Virus record (IMG/VR): IMGVR_UViG_3300000558_000007
Strand: one strand, 5' to 3'
Source of the DNA: a virus
Length of the DNA stretch: 53,846 nt
Positions 48,704 to 53,846 of this stretch are shown piece after piece. The translations under genes and the position numbers were made by a program. The notes beneath the pieces are model-generated. The model ran no database searches. It had not been told where the DNA came from and worked only from the letters and a program-made list of their open reading frames with translations. Positions within the stretch are counted from its first letter, which is position 1. Every line of letters begins with the position of its first letter.

Positions 48704-49372
48704 ATGCCTTATAATCTTAACGATTGTGGAGGATATAGATATATACCTTCCAGGCTTCCAGATTTTTTAGAAAATGCGTCTCCTTGTTGTCAACGGCTAT
48801 GGTTTTATCTCATCCGTAAAGTTAAAATTAACGACACTGCATCTTTAAAAAGAGGGCAGCTTATAGCAACATACCAAGGGCTTTCAGACGGTATTTATTG
48901 GACAGAAAACAGGCAAAAAAAATCATATAGCGCAAAAGAGATAAGGACATGTATTGCCATGCTTAAAAAGCATGGGATTGTTGATACTAAACAAATAACA
49001 GGAGGATCGGCAGGGTTTGTTTTAACAATGTGTTTTTACAGAGAAATTCAAACGTGGGAAAGTTATAAAAATGAACCGGGGCAGGGGGTGGAAATCAAAA
49101 TGCACAATGATACCGATAGCTTATATGACTATAAAAATGAACCGGGGCAGGGGGTAGGGCAGGGACCGGGGCAGGCCATGAGTATATTAAATAATACACC
49201 AGTTAGCATAGAGTATAATAATACTAATACGCGCGAAGATATTCACGCGCGCGGGGGTAGCGACGTGAAAGCGTACGGCTTTGATGGAGTAGATACGTCA
49301 ATCTGCCATAATTGTGGGGCATGGATTGGTGAAGATGCAGATATCTGCCCGAATTGCGGGGCATCATGCTAA
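48704..49372 (+). CDS. Putative replication initiator: winged-helix-like core plus a C-terminal zinc ribbon
   Basis: 222 aa. LWFYLIRKV...SAKEIRTCIAMLKKHGIVDTKQ resembles the N-terminal domain fused to the other primase (3166-4434). C-terminal CHNCG...CPNCG. Confidence 0.5.
   Translation: MPYNLNDCGGYRYIPSRLPDFLENASPCCQRLWFYLIRKVKINDTASLKRGQLIATYQGLSDGIYWTENRQKKSYSAKEIRTCIAMLKKHGIVDTKQITGGSAGFVLTMCFYREIQTWESYKNEPGQGVEIKMHNDTDSLYDYKNEPGQGVGQGPGQAMSILNNTPVSIEYNNTNTREDIHARGGSDVKAYGFDGVDTSICHNCGAWIGEDADICPNCGASC
49064..49155. repeat. Two perfect 26-bp direct repeats 66 bp apart, G-tract rich
   Basis: tataaaaatgaaccggggcagggggt is at 49064-49089 and 49130-49155. The second is followed by agggcagggaccggggcagg. 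Confidence 0.85.
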
Positions 49373-50481
49373 AATTACCATGCGTCACAATCACGCTAAA
49401 TGCAAACAACGAGCTGCAATACGATCCGACAGGCAATGCAGAAAACAAAGCTGAGTGGTGGGCCAGGATACAGAGCCACAATAATGAGATCGTGGCTTAC
49501 CTCAAAACGTTTAAGCAGGCCGATGCCTTGGCGGATTACGTTGACGGCGGAGAAAAAGCCGGGCCATATTCAGAACGAAAAGAAAAATTGCCCGAGCTTT
49601 CAGCCTTGGTGGAATCAATGCGTATGTCTGAATCGAGTATTTTGGGCCATTTGAACGCGATACAGATACAGGCGCATAGGGATATATACCTCAAAGCATT
49701 AAAGGGGCTTAAAACGTATCAAACGTTCGCCGACAAAAACGTGCCTGATAAGGGTACTTTTGCAAGAGTGATAAACGATAAAGGACAGCTATCAAATGGC
49801 GTAAAAAAACAGCTTGAATCATTAAACAAGGCCGGTGCTGGCGTTTATTTAACAGTCAACGAGACTGACGGGAAAGGCAGGAAAATAGAAAACATCACCC
49901 AGGTCCGGGCGTGTTTTGCCGATCTGGATGGCGCACCATTGCATCCCGTTTGGGATTATCACCCGTCAATGGTGGTAGAGTCGTCTCCTGGTAAGTATCA
50001 TGCATATTGGTTGACGGATGAAAAATTTCCTTTGGAAGGATTCACCCAGGTGCAAGAGGCCATCGCGTTGACTTTTCAATCAGATTCAACAGTAAAAGAT
50101 TTGTCACGTGTGCTGCGTGTCCCAGGTTTTTATCACAACAAAGGTACGCCGTTTTTAACAAGGGTGATACATTTTTCTGGCGGAATTTACGATTTCGGGA
50201 CATTGGTTGAGATGTTCCCACCGGCACCAAAACAGCAATGGTCAGCACCAAAATACCAGGACGCAAAAAGTTTTGATAACAGTGGTTTTAAGGGGCATTA
50301 TGGCGTAGGCGAAGGACAAAGGAATTGTCACATAACGAAACGCGTGGGGGGTATGCTAAAACGCGGCCTACCGTGGCATGAAATAGAGCAAGAGGCTTTT
50401 AAAGAGGGCATGGCATGCTCACCTCCGCTCAGTGAAAATGAGGTCCAAAATATTTTAAAATCGTGCAGAAGATATGCTTGA
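49366..50481 (+). CDS. RepB'-type primase with a PriCT-1-like C-terminus (second copy, stand-alone)
   Basis: GVYLTVNETDGKGR (49841-49882), FADLDGAP, VVESSPGKYHAYWL, VLRVPGF. C-terminal GQRNCHI...CSPPLSENEV. An alternative TTG start lies at 49354. Confidence 0.8.
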   Translation: MLKLPCVTITLNANNELQYDPTGNAENKAEWWARIQSHNNEIVAYLKTFKQADALADYVDGGEKAGPYSERKEKLPELSALVESMRMSESSILGHLNAIQIQAHRDIYLKALKGLKTYQTFADKNVPDKGTFARVINDKGQLSNGVKKQLESLNKAGAGVYLTVNETDGKGRKIENITQVRACFADLDGAPLHPVWDYHPSMVVESSPGKYHAYWLTDEKFPLEGFTQVQEAIALTFQSDSTVKDLSRVLRVPGFYHNKGTPFLTRVIHFSGGIYDFGTLVEMFPPAPKQQWSAPKYQDAKSFDNSGFKGHYGVGEGQRNCHITKRVGGMLKRGLPWHEIEQEAFKEGMACSPPLSENEVQNILKSCRRYA

Positions 50482-50506
50482 CAATTTTTTATTGTCTTTG
50501 TACTAT
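50478..50506 (+). promoter_or_regulatory. Sigma70-like promoter TTGACA-17-TACTAT
   Basis: Read directly. The -35 overlaps the primase stop codon. Confidence 0.55.
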
Positions 50507-50512
50507 CAACAT

Positions 50513-50563
50513 AGTGGGATAGGGCGGCCACCCGAAACCCTGCACCTGACAGGTTATCCCACT
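50513..50563 (+). other. Structured leader element upstream of the helicase gene
   Basis: agtgggata (50513-50521) pairs with tatcccact (50555-50563), enclosing 33 GC-rich nt. Confidence 0.35.
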
Positions 50564-50605
50564 CATCTAAAAATCAGGAAAGTTTACAGGAGACTTTATC
50601 TTTAA

Positions 50606-52099
50606 ATGCTATCAATCCCACCATCAGAGCCCATAATATTAAGGCCTATACAAGAAGAAATTATTGCGGCATGTCGTGATACGATGCGTAATCACAAGCG
50701 ATTTATTTTGCAGGCTGCTACCGGGCTTGGAAAGACAATCTTAGCTACCTGGATGATAAAAAAAGCGTTTCAAAAAGGTAAAAAGTGCCTTTTCGTTTGT
50801 GATCGGATTACGCTCGTTGAACAGACATCGAAAGTTTTTGAAAAATACGGCGTTGGCCATGGCATCATTATGTCAAATCATCCTGGATATGATCCTGAGT
50901 TGCCTGTCCAAATAGCGTCTATCCAGACACTTGCCAGGCGTAAAATTCAAACATTCGATTTAATTTTTATAGACGAAATTCATTCTTTTTTTAAGGCTCA
51001 CCAAGAATTACTGCAAAAAAATAAAGAATCTTTTGTAATAGGCTTGTCAGCTACTCCGTTCACCGCCGGGCTTGGCAAACATTTTACGACGCATATTGAG
51101 CCAGTGCCAATGCGCAAGCTCATTGATGATGGATATCTTTGCGATTTTGAGATCTATGGCCCTGATACGTTTGATCTGTCAAAAGTCCGTACAGTTGCCG
51201 GGGAATACAAAAACGACGATCTTGGAGACGCCACGGATACTCCTAAGCTTGTGGGTGATGTCGTTGATACCTGGTTTAAGCTCGCAAGAGATCGGAAAAC
51301 AATAGTTTTTTGCACAAATGTTGCCCATGGCCGACACCTTGCCAAAGAATTTTGCAAGCGTGGAATAAAAGCGGCTGAGATAAACGGATATATGCAAAAA
51401 GATGGTGAGGATGGCCGTGAAAAAATATTGGAATCGTTTGTAACTGGTGAAACACAAGTAATTTGCAGCGTTGAGATTTTGATTAAGGGATTTGATGTCA
51501 CTCATGTTGATTGTGTCGTATGGGCCACGGCCACCAAATCTCCTACAAAGTGGATACAAGGATGCGGGCGTGGGTTGAGGATCCATGAAGGCAAAAGGAT
51601 GTGCAGAATTATTGATCACGGCAGCAATGCAGAAAGACTTGGCTTCCCGGACGAATTTGAGTTTTTAGAACTTGACGATGGCAAAAAAGGAGACGCAAGT
51701 AAAAAGAAAAAAGAAAAGAAAGAAAAGCTTCACAAAAAATGTCCGTCTTGCGCTTATTTAAAGCCATCTGGTGTTTATATTTGCCCTGCTTGCGGCTTTG
51801 CCCCTGTCCATGTTGAGCCGGTAGAAACGCAAGACGGCGAACTTAAAAAGCTAAAAAGGAAAGCTAAGAACGAATACAGCCTTTTAGACAAAAAAGCGTT
51901 TTTAGCTCAGCTAAATCAATACGCGGCTGATAAAGGGTACAAGCAAGGGGGAGGTGGTTGTTTTGGTTGGGCGCTGCATGCGTACAAAGATAAATTTGGC
52001 ACGAATCCACCAAGTGCGATCCGGTGGAATAACAGGGCCATCCCCGGCGGAGATGTTTTGGGGTGGATTAAACATCGCAATATCAAAAACTCAAAATGA
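50606..52099 (+). CDS. SF2 DEAD/DEAH-type helicase with a C-terminal zinc ribbon
   Basis: 497 aa. Walker A AATGLGKT, Walker B DEIH (50972-50983), motif III SAT, motif VI-like QGCGRGLR, then CPSC...CPACG. Confidence 0.8.
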   Translation: MLSIPPSEPIILRPIQEEIIAACRDTMRNHKRFILQAATGLGKTILATWMIKKAFQKGKKCLFVCDRITLVEQTSKVFEKYGVGHGIIMSNHPGYDPELPVQIASIQTLARRKIQTFDLIFIDEIHSFFKAHQELLQKNKESFVIGLSATPFTAGLGKHFTTHIEPVPMRKLIDDGYLCDFEIYGPDTFDLSKVRTVAGEYKNDDLGDATDTPKLVGDVVDTWFKLARDRKTIVFCTNVAHGRHLAKEFCKRGIKAAEINGYMQKDGEDGREKILESFVTGETQVICSVEILIKGFDVTHVDCVVWATATKSPTKWIQGCGRGLRIHEGKRMCRIIDHGSNAERLGFPDEFEFLELDDGKKGDASKKKKEKKEKLHKKCPSCAYLKPSGVYICPACGFAPVHVEPVETQDGELKKLKRKAKNEYSLLDKKAFLAQLNQYAADKGYKQGGGGCFGWALHAYKDKFGTNPPSAIRWNNRAIPGGDVLGWIKHRNIKNSK

Positions 52100-52117
52100 T
52101 TAAGGAATTAATATAGA

Positions 52118-52294
52118 ATGAAATGCCCAAAGTGCGAAACAGAAATGTATATAGACAGCTGGGATGGATGGTTTTGGACTTGTTTTAATTGCGGGTATGT
52201 CGGACGGCAGGCAACTCATGAAGAATCTGAAAAGCAAGAAAAAAAACATCATGAAGAATATCTTAAAAAATCAAGAAAGGTGCTTGAAAAATGA
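52118..52294 (+). CDS. Small zinc-ribbon protein (58 aa; below ORF-track cut-off)
   Basis: My translation: MKCPKCETEMYIDSWDGWFWTCFNCGYVGRQATHEESEKQEKKHHEEYLKKSRKVLEK. ATGA overlap with the next gene. Confidence 0.45.
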   Translation: MKCPKCETEMYIDSWDGWFWTCFNCGYVGRQATHEESEKQEKKHHEEYLKKSRKVLEK

Positions 52295-52608
52295 AAAAGA
52301 CATTGGCAATACTTATTGCGGCTGTGGTGATACCAGCTTCAGCAATCGCTGAACAAAATGCAAAAAAGGTAGATTTCTGTGCCCGGCTATCAAAAACGGC
52401 CGTGAAGGTAATGCGGATGCGGCAAGATGGCCGGCCCATGTCCGAGTTGATGCAAATAGCTGATAAAAATGGGCCACTGTATGTGCATATTGTAAAAACT
52501 GCATATGCCACGCCACGCCGCTATGCCGAAGAAAACAAACAAACAGAAGTTGAAGATTTTGAGAATGAAATATTTTCAGAGTGCTTAACAATCTTGGAAA
52601 AGGAGTAA
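52291..52608 (+). CDS. Small secreted/periplasmic protein
   Basis: 105 aa. Signal-peptide-like MKKTLAILIAAVVIPASAIA-EQ. Confidence 0.5.
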   Translation: MKKTLAILIAAVVIPASAIAEQNAKKVDFCARLSKTAVKVMRMRQDGRPMSELMQIADKNGPLYVHIVKTAYATPRRYAEENKQTEVEDFENEIFSECLTILEKE

Positions 52609-52613
52609 AATAA

Positions 52614-53372
52614 TTGAAATATATTTGTAAAGATTGCGGCACAAGTACGCCGTGCATAATTGACGCGCCTGATGGCCTTGAATCTCCTTACGCTTGTCCG
52701 TATGCAAACGAGGATGACGGTATTTACGCAAATTGGAAAAAACTATCAGATTCAGATTACTTTGAAATGCGCGGCTTGTGTGCTGATTTTTCAAACAATG
52801 ATGAGACCTGCAGTTTTGAGCGGGAAAAGAAAAAAACACAAAATGACTGCAATGCGTATCGAGAATATGAAAAGCACGAATTTTGTCTTGCTATGCGTTG
52901 CGCATGGCTAAAAAAAGGAGAATGCCAACTTCAACCAGGAGGTTGCCTTTTCGCAAAAGAATTCCATATATGGCTTAAAAAAAATGGCTTTAAAATCGTT
53001 AAAAACAAAGATGGAATTATGAGGTGGTTTAAAATGACTGAAACAGATCCAAATGGCATTGATCAGCATTCCCCAGGGGCCAAACTTGACAACGGAAAGA
53101 TCCTTGCCGGTATCCTGCAGCAATGGCCCAGGGCTTTGACTGCGGTCCTGGAAGTTGCCACGTTTGGTGCTCAAAAATACACTCGTGGCGGGTGGATGCA
53201 TGTCGAAAATGGTGTTGAACGGTATACAGACGCAATGTTCCGGCACCTGCTGGCCGAGCCTCTTGAGCCGGTTGACCCGGATTCCGGCTTGTCACATGAA
53301 GCTCATGCGGCATGGAATGCGTTAAGCCGTCTGGAATTAAAACTTACTGATACTGAAAGGAAAAACTTATAA
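52614..53372 (+). CDS. Cys-rich N-terminal domain fused to a dATP/dGTP-pyrophosphohydrolase-like (DUF5664-type) domain
   Basis: TTG start with aaggag 8 nt upstream. The C-terminal half (from ~53061), KLDNGK...ALTAVLEVATFGAQKYTRGGW...YTDAMFRHL...DPDSGLSHEAHAAWNALSRLEL, matches that family from memory. Confidence 0.55.
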   Translation: MKYICKDCGTSTPCIIDAPDGLESPYACPYANEDDGIYANWKKLSDSDYFEMRGLCADFSNNDETCSFEREKKKTQNDCNAYREYEKHEFCLAMRCAWLKKGECQLQPGGCLFAKEFHIWLKKNGFKIVKNKDGIMRWFKMTETDPNGIDQHSPGAKLDNGKILAGILQQWPRALTAVLEVATFGAQKYTRGGWMHVENGVERYTDAMFRHLLAEPLEPVDPDSGLSHEAHAAWNALSRLELKLTDTERKNL

Positions 53373-53692
53373 TGAAAGAATCAATTTATAGCAGAATGAT
53401 CGGTAAAATGGTCCTGGTACGCAGTTATAATGAAGGGATTAATGCAGGAATAGTTGTTGCCGCGGATGAGACAGGTATTGAACTTAAAGGCTGCCGGAGG
53501 ATTTGGTATTACAAACCGAAAGACAAAAAATTAAGTTGGTACGAAGGCGTCGCCATGTCAGGATTGAGTGATGATTCAAGAGTGTCCGGAACTGTCCTGA
53601 GAAAAGTCATTGTTGAGAGCTACTCAGTTACGGAATGTACAAATGATGCGTTTAAATCGATTATGGAGAAAATACCAAATGCTCAAGATTAA
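53372..53692 (+). CDS. Hypothetical conserved phage protein (106 aa)
   Basis: ATGA-type overlap with the upstream gene. VLVRSYNEGINAGIVVAADETGIELKGCRRIWYY is a pattern I have seen in phage early regions. Confidence 0.5.
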   Translation: MKESIYSRMIGKMVLVRSYNEGINAGIVVAADETGIELKGCRRIWYYKPKDKKLSWYEGVAMSGLSDDSRVSGTVLRKVIVESYSVTECTNDAFKSIMEKIPNAQD

Positions 53693-53846
53693 AGATTCAA
53701 AAAAAGAAAATTGGTCTGGGTATGGGTCTGGGCATAGGGATGGGGATAGTGATGGATCTGGGTCCGGGTCAGGGTCTGGGTATATGGATGGGTCCGGGGA
53801 CGGGGATGGGTCCGGGTACGGGTCCGGGTCCGGGGCAGGGTCCGGG
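53679..53846 (+). CDS. Low-complexity Gly/Ser/Tyr/Asp-rich protein, 5' part (79 aa when joined to 45-116 across the junction)
   Basis: ATG at 53679 has GGAG ~10 nt upstream and overlaps the stop of 53372-53692 by 14 nt. Translation is MLKIKDSKKENWSGYGSGHRDGDSDGSGSGSGSGYMDGSGDGDGSGYGSGSGAGSG. Caveat: the hexamer repeat keeps other frames open too. Confidence 0.45.
   Translation, partial: MLKIKDSKKENWSGYGSGHRDGDSDGSGSGSGSGYMDGSGDGDGSGYGSGSGAGSG
53718..53846 (+). repeat. (GGGNNN)n hexamer array, left part
   Basis: GGG/GGGG tracts recur every 6 nt (gggtat, gggtct, gggtcc, gggtac...). I counted 19 G3+ tracts here. Confidence 0.85.
53803..53846. repeat. Second copy of the 44-nt terminal overlap
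   Basis: Identical to 1-44 by direct comparison. Confidence 0.9.

Noticed and set aside
53722-53846. Alternative frame of the junction repeat (MGLGIGMGIVMDLGPGQG...GMGMGMGPGMGPGTDPDFNTAGKRKAQS, stop at 145-147)
   Set aside because: It is open only because of the hexamer repeat. It lacks an RBS, whereas the G/S/Y frame has GGAG plus translational coupling. It cannot be excluded without proteomics.
1-53846. Diversity-generating retroelement, toxin-antitoxin pair or a classical defence island
   Set aside because: There is no reverse transcriptase, and no template/variable repeat pair near the fibre genes. I recognised no defence-gene signatures. The SMC-like ATPase sits in a RecT recombination context.

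Overview
The window is a complete tailed-phage genome that closes on itself. Bases 1-44 are identical to 53803-53846, so the unique circular length is 53,802 bp. The break point lies inside a (GGGNNN)n low-complexity ORF. All calls were made by eye from ORF translations, motifs and RBS/overlap context; no database search was possible. Layout: (i) A plus-strand early replication/recombination arm runs from ~42.5 kb through the junction to 0.9 kb. It holds a Cro-like HTH, a Rad50/SbcC-like ATPase with a CxxC hook, RecT, a small Hc1-like basic protein, an MBL-fold hydrolase and a RusA-like resolvase. It also holds a small SSB-like protein with an acidic ...DVPF tail, a DUF1376-like protein, a wHTH/Zn-ribbon initiator, a RepB'-type primase with a PriCT-1-like tail, an SF2 helicase and two nucleotide-pyrophosphohydrolase-type genes. 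(ii) A minus-strand block of six tiny early genes sits at 0.9-2.3 kb. (iii) A second, fused wHTH-RepB'-primase module (3.2-4.4 kb) is followed by a decayed HNH gene and microsatellites. (iv) A ~34-kb plus-strand late arm carries TerS, a PBSX-type TerL, a 750-aa portal, scaffold, an HK97-fold capsid, tail/fibre genes, a GNAT and three putative ejection proteins. It also carries one 4,120-aa polyvalent ORF that takes about 23% of the genome (SNF2-like ATPase + N6A-methyltransferase + ART-like + HExxH peptidase + hydrophobic/glycine-zipper termini), then a LamG-like fibre, a GH108 endolysin and a class-3 lipase. (v) A minus-strand accessory island (39.3-42.3 kb) contains an HNH homing endonuclease and a protein built from 13 tandem 27-bp repeats. 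No integrase, DNA polymerase, RNA polymerase, tRNA, CRISPR array or reverse transcriptase was recognised. The most unusual element is the giant polyvalent protein, which sits where podoviruses carry injected internal proteins. Other follow-up points are the duplicated primase replicon modules, the G-tract array at the junction, the lipase in the lysis cassette and the repeat protein.
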